Assembly: GCA_963674595.2 (NCBI GenBank)
Contig: CAXXFV010000023.1
Location: 640,001-704,000, forward strand
DNA from: a bacterium
GTDB lineage: Bacteria > Zhuqueibacterota > Zhuqueibacteria > Residuimicrobiales > Krinioviventaceae
DNA: 64,000 nt
Direction: 5' to 3'
Within the stretch, counting starts at the first letter, position 1. Each line of letters starts with the position of its first letter. A program made the position numbers and the translations under genes. Positions 1 to 9,342 of the stretch are shown one piece after another. Under the pieces are notes generated by a model, which was not told the origin of the DNA, did no database searches, and saw only the letters and a program-made list of their open reading frames with translations.

Positions 1-27
1 AATGGTGTTCCTGAAGTAAAAAAATAA
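1..27 (+). CDS. Probable 3' end of an upstream gene (partial, ...NGVPEVKK*)
   Basis: Frame 1 is open from base 1 to TAA at 25-27, directly before a terminator; too short to identify. Confidence 0.3.
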   Translation, partial: NGVPEVKK

Positions 28-34
28 ACCCTGT

Positions 35-69
35 AAAAGCCGATACTTGCAAGTATCGGCTTTTTTTTT
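35..69 (+). terminator. Rho-independent terminator
   Basis: Perfect inverted repeat AAAAGCCGATACTTG/CAAGTATCGGCTTTT (35-64), with T9 at 61-69. Confidence 0.9.
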
Positions 70-185
70 ATGCTAATTATATGAAAGGGTCATATCACTA
101 CTTTTTAAACTTGCATTTTCATGGAATTTTCGTTAAAATTAAAATCAATTTTGAAAAAATATTTATATATACCAAGAGGAATGAA

Positions 186-3050
186 TTGATTACTCGAATT
201 GAAATAACAACAAAAAAGGACTTTCAGGATACTGTTGCAAAACGGATTATGTCTGAAGCGGCAGATTTGGATATCCGAACGATAAACAAAGTCTTTTCCT
301 ATACGGTTACCTATTTATTGGGTGAAATAAATGCTGAACAAAAACGCATCATAACAGAGAAATTACTGGCTGATACGATTGTTCAGGATTATTCAATTGA
401 TGAATATATAAAACGAACGAATGAAAGTGACGCCTGGTCTGTAGAGGTTACATTTAACCGTGGTGTGACAGATATGGTAGCCGAAACAACTCTTAAAGGT
501 ATCCATGATTTGGGTATCACCGGTATTGAAGCTGCTAAAACTGCCAAGCGTTATGAATTTACCGGGCAATTGACTGACAATGATAAAGATATTATCGTTC
601 AAAAATTGTTGATGAATAAAGTAAATGAACATGTGGTCCAGGATGGAGAGCAGATATTTTTTCCCAAAATGGATGATCACTTTGAACTTGTCAAGGTTTC
701 TTTGCGAAATGCCGATGATAAAACATTAAAATCCATTAGTGTTGAGCGTGATCTTTATTTAAATCTTGAAGAAATGAAGACCATACAGAATTATTATAAA
801 AATTTGGACCGTGAACCAACCGATATTGAATTGGAGATGATTGCGCAAACATGGTCGGAACACTGCAGCCATAAAACATTAACAGGATTGATTGAATTTG
901 ATGGAAACGTGATTGATAATCTTTTAAAAAAAACTGTTTTTCAGGTGACAAGCGAGCTTGATAAACCCTGGTGTGTTTCTGTGTTTAAAGACAATGCCGG
1001 AATTATAAAATTTGATGATGAAAACAATATCTGTTTCAAAGTCGAAACGCACAACCATCCTTCAGCTATGGAACCTTATGGCGGCGCCAATACCGGAATC
1101 GGTGGCGTGATTCGTGATCCCTTGGGCACCGGTTTGGGAGCCAAGCCCGTTATTAATACGGATGTTTTTTGTTTTGGTTCGGTTGATATGAAACACAGCG
1201 ATTTACCCAAAGGTGTGCTGCATCCGAAACGTGTTATGCAGGGTGTTGTCGCCGGTGTTCGTGATTATGGTAACCGAATGGGAATTCCAACATCCAACGG
1301 TTCTATTTATTTTGATGAAAAATACCTGGGTAACCCATTGGTCTTCTGTGGCAATGTAGGAATTATGCCGATTGACAAGTGTGAAAAGAATGTGGTTTCC
1401 GGAGATTATATCATCGTTATCGGTGGGCGGACCGGTCGGGACGGAATTCATGGCGCAACAGCTTCATCCGGTGAGCTGCACACGGAAAGTGAAGGGACCT
1501 GGAGCGGTGCCGTTCAAATCGGGAACCCGATTGTTGAAAAGAAAGTTGTAGATACGCTTATGCAGGCACGTGACCTTGACCTTTACAGGGCCATTACAGA
1601 CTGCGGCGCCGGTGGCCTTTCATCTGCGGTTGGTGAACTGGCGGAAACGACCGGGGCTGAAATTGACCTGGAAAAAATTCCTTTAAAATACCACGGTTTG
1701 ACTTATATGGAAATCTGGATTTCGGAAGCACAGGAAAGAATGGTTATATTTGTCGCACCGGAAAACGTAGAAAAAGCCCTTGAACTTTTTGCCAGCGAAG
1801 ATGTGGAAGCCACCGTTATCGGCCGCACAACCAGTGACAAAAAGATTCGGTTAAAATATAATGGGACACTTGTTGGTGAATTGGAAATGAATTTTCTGCA
1901 TGATGGTTTGCCACGAACGGTCCGAAAAGCTGTTTGGGAAAAACCTGACATTGAAAACAGTGTTTTTGAACAACCAAAAGATCTGGCTGGAATTTTACAT
2001 AAAATATTGTCAGCGCCGAATGTTTGCAGTAAGGAATGGGTCATTCGCCAGTATGATCATGAAGTGCAAGGTGGTAGTGTTGTTAAACCTCTTGTTGGAG
2101 TGGATAGTGACGGCCCCGGGGATGCCTGTATAACCCGTCCGTGTTTGGATTCATACAAGGCTGTTATTTTGTCTAACGGTTTAAATCCTAATTATGGTGC
2201 TATAGATCCTTATTGGATGGCAGCATCCTCTATTGATGAAGCTTTAAGAAATATTGTTGCTGTTGGTGGTAATCTCGATGAAACAGCACTGCTGGATAAT
2301 TTTTGCTGGGGTAACACAGATAAACCGGACCGATTGGGCGGATTGGTTCGTGCTGCCCAGGCGTGTTATGATATGGCCAAAGTTTTTGAAACACCATTTA
2401 TTTCCGGCAAGGACAGTCTGAATAATGAGTTTCAAACAGAATCCGGAGAGAGCATTGCCATTCCACCCACTTTATTGATTTCGGCAATTTCTGTTATGCC
2501 GGATGCACGTAAAGCCGTGACCATGGATTTCAAAAAAACGGGTAATAAAATATTTATCGTTGGTTTAACACGAATGGAACTCGGCGGCTCTCATTATTAT
2601 CAAATGTTGGAAAAGACCGACCAGCGGGTACCGATTGTGGATGTTAATGCTGCAAAGGATACTTTTCTGAAATTATCAAAATCCATTGAAGATGGATGGG
2701 TCCGTTCCTGCCATGATTGTTCCGAAGGAGGCCTTGCCGCAGCCGTTGCAGAAATGGCATTTGCCGGCGGAGTTGGTGCTGAAATATCATTGGCTCCAGT
2801 TCCAAAAACTGAGGATGTAAACAGAGACGATTTTGTCTTGTTTTCCGAATCCAACAGCCGGTTTGTTGTTGAGGTAGAACCGGAAAATGTAGCCTCGTTT
2901 TTACAATCAATGAAAGATATTCCTGTTGCTGAAATTGGTAATGTAACCGGAACACAAAATTTGGTCATTACCGGATTAAATAATACAAAAATAATAGATG
3001 AAAATATCGCCGGGCTCAAAGAATCCTGGCAAAAAACATTGAGGTGGTAA
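186..3050 (+). CDS. purL: Phosphoribosylformylglycinamidine synthase subunit PurL with two N-terminal PurS-like domains
   Basis: Motifs WSEHCSHK, KVETHNHPS, DCGAGGLSS, SEAQERM, FISGKDSLNN, HDCSEGG; no glutaminase domain. Start moved from 81 to TTG 186 because GAGGA at 176-180 precedes it. Confidence 0.95.
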   Translation: MITRIEITTKKDFQDTVAKRIMSEAADLDIRTINKVFSYTVTYLLGEINAEQKRIITEKLLADTIVQDYSIDEYIKRTNESDAWSVEVTFNRGVTDMVAETTLKGIHDLGITGIEAAKTAKRYEFTGQLTDNDKDIIVQKLLMNKVNEHVVQDGEQIFFPKMDDHFELVKVSLRNADDKTLKSISVERDLYLNLEEMKTIQNYYKNLDREPTDIELEMIAQTWSEHCSHKTLTGLIEFDGNVIDNLLKKTVFQVTSELDKPWCVSVFKDNAGIIKFDDENNICFKVETHNHPSAMEPYGGANTGIGGVIRDPLGTGLGAKPVINTDVFCFGSVDMKHSDLPKGVLHPKRVMQGVVAGVRDYGNRMGIPTSNGSIYFDEKYLGNPLVFCGNVGIMPIDKCEKNVVSGDYIIVIGGRTGRDGIHGATASSGELHTESEGTWSGAVQIGNPIVEKKVVDTLMQARDLDLYRAITDCGAGGLSSAVGELAETTGAEIDLEKIPLKYHGLTYMEIWISEAQERMVIFVAPENVEKALELFASEDVEATVIGRTTSDKKIRLKYNGTLVGELEMNFLHDGLPRTVRKAVWEKPDIENSVFEQPKDLAGILHKILSAPNVCSKEWVIRQYDHEVQGGSVVKPLVGVDSDGPGDACITRPCLDSYKAVILSNGLNPNYGAIDPYWMAASSIDEALRNIVAVGGNLDETALLDNFCWGNTDKPDRLGGLVRAAQACYDMAKVFETPFISGKDSLNNEFQTESGESIAIPPTLLISAISVMPDARKAVTMDFKKTGNKIFIVGLTRMELGGSHYYQMLEKTDQRVPIVDVNAAKDTFLKLSKSIEDGWVRSCHDCSEGGLAAAVAEMAFAGGVGAEISLAPVPKTEDVNRDDFVLFSESNSRFVVEVEPENVASFLQSMKDIPVAEIGNVTGTQNLVITGLNNTKIIDENIAGLKESWQKTLRW

Positions 3051-3054
3051 ATAT

Positions 3055-3828
3055 ATGATTCCTCGAATATTAGTGCTTCGGGCGGCCGGCTCGAACTGTG
3101 ATTTTGAAACAAAATATGCTTTTGATATTGCCGGCGGTAAATCGGATTTGGTTCACGTGAATCGTCTGCTAGAGAATAAAGTTTTACTCGACGATTATCA
3201 GATTATTGCTATTCCCGGTGGTTTTACTTATGGTGATGATATTTCAGCCGGTAAGGTTTTGGCAAATCAATTAAAATATAAACTTGCAGAACAGTTGACA
3301 AAATTTCATAAAGACGGAAAGCTGATTATTGGAATTTGCAACGGCTTTCAGGTGTTAGTTAAAGCAGGATTGTTACCTGTGGTCGATTTTAATGCGACTC
3401 AAAAAGTGACATTAACAGATAACGATTCGCATAAATATGAAGACCGTTGGGTCAATCTCAAGGTCAATGATAGCTGCTGTGTATTTACACAAAATATGAA
3501 AGATCAGGTATTTTTTCCGGTTGCACATGCGGAAGGAAAGTTTATACCTGAGAGCGATGCTGTATTAAGAGATTTGTGGAAAAACAGGCAGGTGGTTTTT
3601 CAATACACCAGCCAGAACGGAAGCAAGCCGGTTTATCCTGAAAATCCAAATGGATCTGTGGACGATATTGCCGGAATATGTGACACCTCCGGCCGTGTTT
3701 TAGGATTGATGCCGCATCCTGAGCGACACATTGACCCGACACATAATCCGTTGTGGACCCGCAATGGATTATCAAGTGAGGCAGATGGATTACCATTATT
3801 TAAAAATGCAGTAAACTATTTTAAATAA
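3055..3828 (+). CDS. purQ: FGAM synthase glutaminase subunit PurQ
   Basis: PGGFTYGD, GICNGFQ (catalytic Cys), AHAEG, NPNGS, GLMPHPER; directly follows purL. Confidence 0.97.
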   Translation: MIPRILVLRAAGSNCDFETKYAFDIAGGKSDLVHVNRLLENKVLLDDYQIIAIPGGFTYGDDISAGKVLANQLKYKLAEQLTKFHKDGKLIIGICNGFQVLVKAGLLPVVDFNATQKVTLTDNDSHKYEDRWVNLKVNDSCCVFTQNMKDQVFFPVAHAEGKFIPESDAVLRDLWKNRQVVFQYTSQNGSKPVYPENPNGSVDDIAGICDTSGRVLGLMPHPERHIDPTHNPLWTRNGLSSEADGLPLFKNAVNYFK

Positions 3829-3893
3829 AATAATTTTTATAATAGAAACGGTGATTTTATATTGGTTCTATTTTTTCAAAAAATGGGGGAAAA

Positions 3894-4649
3894 ATGAATT
3901 CGGACGATATTAGCACCATTCTGGAAAACTGGCAATATGTGCCAAATGATATAAATGTCCGGCTTATTGAGGGAATTGATGGTGAGACAAAGATACAGAT
4001 GCGTCTTGATTTGGGCATCCTTCAGATGTATCTTGACGGTCGCCCTGATGGAAAAAGACCGCATCAATGTGATTCCTATTTAAGCTATTATGAAAACAAG
4101 TCCCAGGAAAAGAAAAAATCTACCAAAAATGCCAAGTTTCGCCTTTCGCCCATGGACTGCCTGAATTTGCAGCAAGAAACTATTCAATATTATCACCGGT
4201 ATTTGGGTTTGATGAAGTTGGGGGATTATACTCGGGTAGCACGTGATACAAGCCGTAACCTGAAAGTGTTTGATTTTGTTTCAAAATATTCTGATAATGA
4301 AGATATTATCTGGTCTTTTGAACAATACAGGCCCTATGTTTTGATGATGAATGCCCGTTCTTTGGCTTCCATCAGTTTGGACAAGTCTAATTTTGATGAA
4401 GCGCTTGTATTTATAGAAAAAGGTATCAAGGTAATTTCTGAATTTTATGAAAAAAATCAACCCCGAATTGGTTCCGACAGGTTTGAAATAGAGTTTTTAA
4501 CACAATGGGGCGAGGAAATACGCGAAAGAAAACCTTTGTCTGAAAGAGAACGTATAACCAAAGAACTGGACAGGGCAATTCAGGCAGAAGAGTATGAACG
4601 TGCTGCCATTCTTCGTGATCAGTTACGCTTCCTTGGAAGAGATATTTAG
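3894..4649 (+). CDS. Conserved hypothetical protein with C-terminal UvrB/UvrC (UVR) motif
   Basis: C-terminal LDRAIQAEEYERAAILRDQL is a UVR coiled-coil motif; N-terminal RLDLGILQM..DGRPDG block looks conserved. Confidence 0.75.
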   Translation: MNSDDISTILENWQYVPNDINVRLIEGIDGETKIQMRLDLGILQMYLDGRPDGKRPHQCDSYLSYYENKSQEKKKSTKNAKFRLSPMDCLNLQQETIQYYHRYLGLMKLGDYTRVARDTSRNLKVFDFVSKYSDNEDIIWSFEQYRPYVLMMNARSLASISLDKSNFDEALVFIEKGIKVISEFYEKNQPRIGSDRFEIEFLTQWGEEIRERKPLSERERITKELDRAIQAEEYERAAILRDQLRFLGRDI

Positions 4650-4681
4650 GTATTCATATTTAAATTTAGCGAGGGACTAAT

Positions 4682-5713
4682 ATGGCTGTAAATAAACGTG
4701 TTGCAATATTAATTGGCCCAAATTTTCATGATGAAGAAGCTACTGTACCCAAAAGTTTTTTAAACGTAAGGGGATACCAGGCAGAACTTGTGGGTTTAAC
4801 AGATGATACTGTTACCGGAAAATACGGACGTATAACGTTAAAACCGGATAAAAATATTAATGATATTAGTGTTCGGGATTATGACGGGTTAATTATTCCA
4901 GGCGGTGGCGCGCCTGAACGTATTCGTGTAAATGAAAAGGCTGTTGAATTTGTTAAAGAATTTTGGAAAACCGGAAGGCCGGTTGGGGCTATTTGTCATG
5001 GGCCCCAGGTTTTAATATCTGCAAATGTTTTAAAGGGAATTACTCTTACTTCTTATATTGGCATTCGGGACGATATTATAAATGCAGGCGGAAATTTTGT
5101 TGATCAGGCTGTTTGTGTTGACGGGCAGTTAATTAGTTCCCGCACACCCGATGACTTGCCTGTATTTAATGAGACTTTATATAAAGCTCTTTCACAAGGT
5201 TTGCTGACAGGAAACGAAAGTGAATTGGGAGCTCTTGAGGCATTGGAATTAGCTGTAAACAGAGAAAAAGGTGCACAAGAGTTTTATGAAAAAGCTGCTC
5301 AAATTGCAGCGGCTGAAAATGTGAAAAATAAATTTAAATATCTTGCCACTGTCGAAGTTGAACATTTTGAACAGTTGTTTGATTTTTATTTCAAGATTTC
5401 AGGCGGAAAGGAGCCTGAAATAAAAACCCAAACATCTGAAATTGGCAAGCATTTAATAACATCGGATTTTTCATCTAATAAAGCAATAGAGCTTGCAGTA
5501 AATGCTGAACAAAAAGCTTATGATTTTTATAGATATGCATCCATGAAAGCAAAACATGCAAAAATTCGGGAAATGTTCGAATACCTGGCAGCCGAAGAAA
5601 TTGAACATAAGCGGTTACTGCTGTTAGACAAAGCTTCTCTTGAAGGGGGTCAGGGCCATTTTCAATGGGCCACCCATTTTGATATTCCTCCCGGAATGGA
5701 TGATTTATGGTAG
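4682..5713 (+). CDS. DJ-1/PfpI-family protein fused to a C-terminal rubrerythrin/ferritin-like domain
   Basis: IPGG, AICHGPQ nucleophile elbow and SSRTPDDL; then two E-(x~33)-ExxH repeats (REKGAQEFY..EVEH; AEQKAYDFY..EIEH). Confidence 0.85.
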   Translation: MAVNKRVAILIGPNFHDEEATVPKSFLNVRGYQAELVGLTDDTVTGKYGRITLKPDKNINDISVRDYDGLIIPGGGAPERIRVNEKAVEFVKEFWKTGRPVGAICHGPQVLISANVLKGITLTSYIGIRDDIINAGGNFVDQAVCVDGQLISSRTPDDLPVFNETLYKALSQGLLTGNESELGALEALELAVNREKGAQEFYEKAAQIAAAENVKNKFKYLATVEVEHFEQLFDFYFKISGGKEPEIKTQTSEIGKHLITSDFSSNKAIELAVNAEQKAYDFYRYASMKAKHAKIREMFEYLAAEEIEHKRLLLLDKASLEGGQGHFQWATHFDIPPGMDDLW

Positions 5714-5817
5714 AGATAATTGTAGGAATTATTATAATGTGATTTTTTGCACGTCGTGAGAATTTGTGTGTTCGTATATTTTTTGGAGTTTGGTTTAATG
5801 ACAAGGGAGAAAACATT

Positions 5818-7152
5818 ATGAAAAAAATGGGTGTATTAATTCTGGGTCTTTTTTTGTCTAGTGCCGGTTATGGACAGCTTGCTGACGGAGGACTTGGGTA
5901 CATGGGATCTGAAGGGGGTATTATTGCCGGTGGATTTGGTATGACCGTTATTGATGAAGATGGCGGAACAAATACGTATTTTACCATAAATTTCCGTCCT
6001 GAAGTGGCCTTTGGCAAACTGGGTATCGGTTTAAACGTAAATCTTTTATACAATACGGAAAGCGGGGCTATCCGGTCTGAGGATTGGGATTCCGGGTATG
6101 ATTATTTTCGTTTAATACGGTATATTCGTTGGGGCAAAAAATATGATCCTGTTTATGCCCGTGTCGGTACTTTGGACGCAGCCCGGCTTGGTCATGGTTT
6201 TATTGTAAATTATTATACAAATGAAGCCTCTTATGATAACCGAAAAATCGGTTTGGCTTTTGATTTGGATTTCGGACGATTTGGTTTTGAAACAATTGCC
6301 AGTAATATGGGGCGCGCAGAGATGATCGGGACTCGTGGGTATTATCGGCCTTTACTGGGAATTGTTGACGCTCCTGTCATTAAAAATTTTGCTGTTGGTG
6401 CCACGATTGTCAGGGATTTTGATCCGGATAGTTGGGCAAACTCTGACGACGGTGTTTCTGTCTATGGTTTTGACTTTGAGCTGCCTCTCATAAAAAGCGG
6501 CATTTTAAATTCAATGCTTTACTATGACTGGGCGCAAATCAAAGGGTACAGTTATATTGAAGAAAAAAGCAGAACCTTTGGAAATGGACAAGCTGTAGGT
6601 ATTGGTGTTTCTCTGGGTAGACTGCTGGGGCTTTTGGACCTTTCTGCAAAGCTGGAAAGAAGATGGCTGGGTAAAGAGTTTATACCCTCCTTTTTTGATG
6701 CTTTTTATGAAATACAACGTTATCAGTCTTATTCTAGCGGCAAATCCTACAAGACGGATCTTCTTATTTCTATTACTGATGAAACAAAAGGAATTTTTGG
6801 TGAACTTTATGGCGGTCTGCTTAATAACAGTGTCCGTTTGCTTGGTATGTTTAGCCGGCTGGATGACCAAAAAGAGAGTGGTATTTTACACCTTGGCGCT
6901 GATGCTCCGGACCTTATTCCTGTTATTGCAGCACATGCAACTTATGATAAAATCGGTATTGAGCAAATGGAAGATGTGTTCACCCTGGATAACAGAAGTG
7001 TTGCCCGGGTTGGACTTGGTTACAAGATTAAACCCTATTTGATATTTTATATGGATTATATCTGGACGTTTGTAGAGGCAGAACCGAATAGCCACCAGTA
7101 CAAACCGCAGGAGCGGGTGGAACCCAAAATTGTCTTTTCATACAAATTTTAA
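5818..7152 (+). CDS. Probable outer-membrane beta-barrel protein
   Basis: GGGAGA RBS before ATG 5818; signal peptide MKKMGVLILGLFLSSAGYG; Gly/aromatic-rich alternating strands; C-terminal VFSYKF beta-signal. Confidence 0.7.
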   Translation: MKKMGVLILGLFLSSAGYGQLADGGLGYMGSEGGIIAGGFGMTVIDEDGGTNTYFTINFRPEVAFGKLGIGLNVNLLYNTESGAIRSEDWDSGYDYFRLIRYIRWGKKYDPVYARVGTLDAARLGHGFIVNYYTNEASYDNRKIGLAFDLDFGRFGFETIASNMGRAEMIGTRGYYRPLLGIVDAPVIKNFAVGATIVRDFDPDSWANSDDGVSVYGFDFELPLIKSGILNSMLYYDWAQIKGYSYIEEKSRTFGNGQAVGIGVSLGRLLGLLDLSAKLERRWLGKEFIPSFFDAFYEIQRYQSYSSGKSYKTDLLISITDETKGIFGELYGGLLNNSVRLLGMFSRLDDQKESGILHLGADAPDLIPVIAAHATYDKIGIEQMEDVFTLDNRSVARVGLGYKIKPYLIFYMDYIWTFVEAEPNSHQYKPQERVEPKIVFSYKF

Positions 7153-7910
7153 TGATGAATATTCGGGGTTTTTTAAATCAACAGCCGGAGAAAGAGATTT
7201 TCCGGCTGTTTTCTTTTCTCAACAAACTTTTATGGGATTTCCTTTTTCCTCCAACATGCTTTTTATGTGAAAAAAAATTGGAAAATATCGAAAATTTTAT
7301 TTGCATAGAATGTCAGAATTCTTTACCTTTGGTCGTAAATTACAAGCTCACTTCAACACAGTATCCCCGCTTGTTGGAAGAATCTGTTGAACCTTTCTAT
7401 GATTGTATAGCTCTTTACCAATATTCTCAACAGATTCAACAACTCATTCACCTGATGAAATATCAGGGCTTCAAAGTTCTGGCTTCTTACTTTGGCCGGC
7501 AATTTGGTACGCGGTTTTGGGATGAGGACTGGAGAAGAGAGTGTGAGGTGTTGATACCCGTACCATTGCACAAAAAAAGACGACACGAACGAGGATTTAA
7601 TCAATCCCATATTATAGCCTGTGAAATTGCAAAAATATTTGAAATACCATGTTTTGATAATGTTTTAGTACGTACAAAATATACGCAAATTCAGGCATCT
7701 TTAAAAAAAATTGAACGCAAAAATAATGTTATTGATGTATTTAAAGTTGTAGATAATTCATTTATTCGTAATAAAACGATCGGGCTGGTTGACGATGTTT
7801 GTACGACCGGCAGTACGATGGATGAATGTTCGAAAATTTTATATTTAGCCGGCGCGAAAAAGGTTTATAAAATGGCAATTGCCCGTGCCGAGTTAAAAGG
7901 GCTTAATTAA
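7152..7910 (+). CDS. comF: ComF-family phosphoribosyltransferase-like protein
   Basis: FPPTCFLC..CIEC zinc motif, PVPLH..RGFNQS, LVDDVCTTGST. Confidence 0.92.
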   Translation: MMNIRGFLNQQPEKEIFRLFSFLNKLLWDFLFPPTCFLCEKKLENIENFICIECQNSLPLVVNYKLTSTQYPRLLEESVEPFYDCIALYQYSQQIQQLIHLMKYQGFKVLASYFGRQFGTRFWDEDWRRECEVLIPVPLHKKRRHERGFNQSHIIACEIAKIFEIPCFDNVLVRTKYTQIQASLKKIERKNNVIDVFKVVDNSFIRNKTIGLVDDVCTTGSTMDECSKILYLAGAKKVYKMAIARAELKGLN

Positions 7911-8180
7911 TTTATATTCACCAGGTGGTGAATAAAATGTGTGGACGATGATGATGAGGTGTGATATGTTGAAAATCTACAAAAATAACTCTCCACTTTT
8001 TAATTTTCCAATTTTAATTTTCTTAAACCAGTAAGTTGATTGAGACAGAATTTCAACAGTGTTGACTTGTGGTAACATTTTTTTGACATTTTGTCATAAT
8101 TATGTGCATTTTTTTTGAAATTTGTCTTATAAAAAACAGATACTTACAAAGCTGCTTTTTTTGTGAAGTAAAAAAAATTC

Positions 8181-8196
8181 TGGTACAATATTTGAC
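8181..8196 (+). promoter_or_regulatory. Candidate sigma-54 promoter (-24/-12, non-canonical GA at -12)
   Basis: TGGTAC-AATAT-TTGA, with GG 8182-83 and GA 8194-95 at correct spacing; IHF-like AAACAGATACTTA at 8134-8146. Confidence 0.5.
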
Positions 8197-8252
8197 ATAG
8201 TCATCACAGCAAACGAATTTTAGAAAATGATTAAATTGGAGAATCTCTACAC

Positions 8253-8561
8253 TTGCAGATAGAAACAAAAAATGAATTTGGACACGTTGATACCTGGCTT
8301 TCCAAATCATCGTCATTAAAAAAGACATCGACATCAAAAAATATTATTCGTAACAAAGATGTTGTTTTGAGTGATACTCCTGTTTCGTCGCCACCTCCTA
8401 AAGAAATCATTTCTGAAAATAAAGCAACAAAAGTAAAGGCAAAAGAAGAGCATGCAACACCGGTCATCAATCCTGTAGTAAAGAACGATATAGTTCAAGG
8501 TGTTGAAATCGTTTGTGGTTGTGGTGAAGTAATTCGTTTAAAATTTAATTATGATCAATGA
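8253..8561 (+). CDS. Small hypothetical protein with C-terminal CxCG motif
   Basis: TTG start after GGAGA; low-complexity N-terminus, then beta-rich VQGVEIVCGCGEVIRLKF; first gene of the regulatory operon. Confidence 0.65.
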   Translation: MQIETKNEFGHVDTWLSKSSSLKKTSTSKNIIRNKDVVLSDTPVSSPPPKEIISENKATKVKAKEEHATPVINPVVKNDIVQGVEIVCGCGEVIRLKFNYDQ

Positions 8562-8577
8562 GCATAGGCAATTGTAA

Positions 8578-9342
8578 ATGAACGGCTATAATGAAATACG
8601 CACCGAATCGGTCAGGAAATTTGATCCGCAGAATTCATCTGATTATGCACTGTTGTCTCAAATGGCAACTGCAATTGCAGATGAAATCCGTAATCCGTTA
8701 GCCGGTATTGCCAGCACAGTTTCATTATTAAAAGTTGAACTCCGTGATGCTCTTGACAGCGAAAAGATGAATACCATAGATTTGTGTATTCAACGTATTG
8801 ATAGTTTTGTTGAAAATTTATATTTGTTAACACGACCAGTTAATCCTGGTTTTGTTAAAATTGACATAACAGGTTTTTTAGAACAAGTTGTTTTACATTA
8901 TTTTCAGGATACGGACTATAATTATACATTCCAGTCTTGTCAAAAACGTGTTTTTGTAATGGTAGACATGGTGTTGATGCAAAATGCTGTAACAAACATT
9001 TTGGAAAATGCCATTGATGCTATAAAACAAAAATCCGGTGAAATTCATATCAAAGTAGATACAACTGAAAATAATGAAAATGTACAAATTATAATTCAGG
9101 ATAACGGAATTGGGATAGAACAGGCGGTTTTACCCAATTTATTTACGCCCTTTTTTAGTACAAAGCACGAAGGTCGTGGTTTAGGGCTTGTTATCACACG
9201 TAATTATGTCCATTGTCATAATGGCACAATACAATTAACTAGTGAGTTCTTAAAAGGAACCCAGGTTTCGATTAAGTTACCGGTATATCCAGGAGGAGAT
9301 CAGGATGCAGGGACGCGGACATGTATTGGTAGTAGAAGATGA
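8578..9342 (+). CDS. Sensorless HisKA/HATPase histidine-kinase-like protein (FlgS/FleS-like) with His-to-Asp in the H-box
   Basis: IADEIRNPL H-box; N box NILENAIDA, G1 DNGIGI, F LFTPFFSTK, G2 GRGLGL; no TM or PAS domain. Confidence 0.85.
   Translation: MNGYNEIRTESVRKFDPQNSSDYALLSQMATAIADEIRNPLAGIASTVSLLKVELRDALDSEKMNTIDLCIQRIDSFVENLYLLTRPVNPGFVKIDITGFLEQVVLHYFQDTDYNYTFQSCQKRVFVMVDMVLMQNAVTNILENAIDAIKQKSGEIHIKVDTTENNENVQIIIQDNGIGIEQAVLPNLFTPFFSTKHEGRGLGLVITRNYVHCHNGTIQLTSEFLKGTQVSIKLPVYPGGDQDAGTRTCIGSRR

Noticed and set aside
17-46. GCCGATAC resembling a sigma-28 -10 box
   Set aside because: Part of the terminator stem, with no TAAA at 15-bp spacing.
81-185. N-terminal extension of purL in the ORF track
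   Set aside because: No RBS at 81 and AT-rich promoter-like sequence; GAGGA + TTG at 186 is a better start.
7915-7934. Inverted repeat TATTCACC-AGGT-GGTGAATA after comF
   Set aside because: No U-tract on either strand and no second copy seen; function cannot be supported.
7966-8034. 22-codon ORF (MLKIYKNNSPLFNFPILIFLNQ) after GAGGTG
   Set aside because: Too short, AT-rich and motif-free; could be chance.
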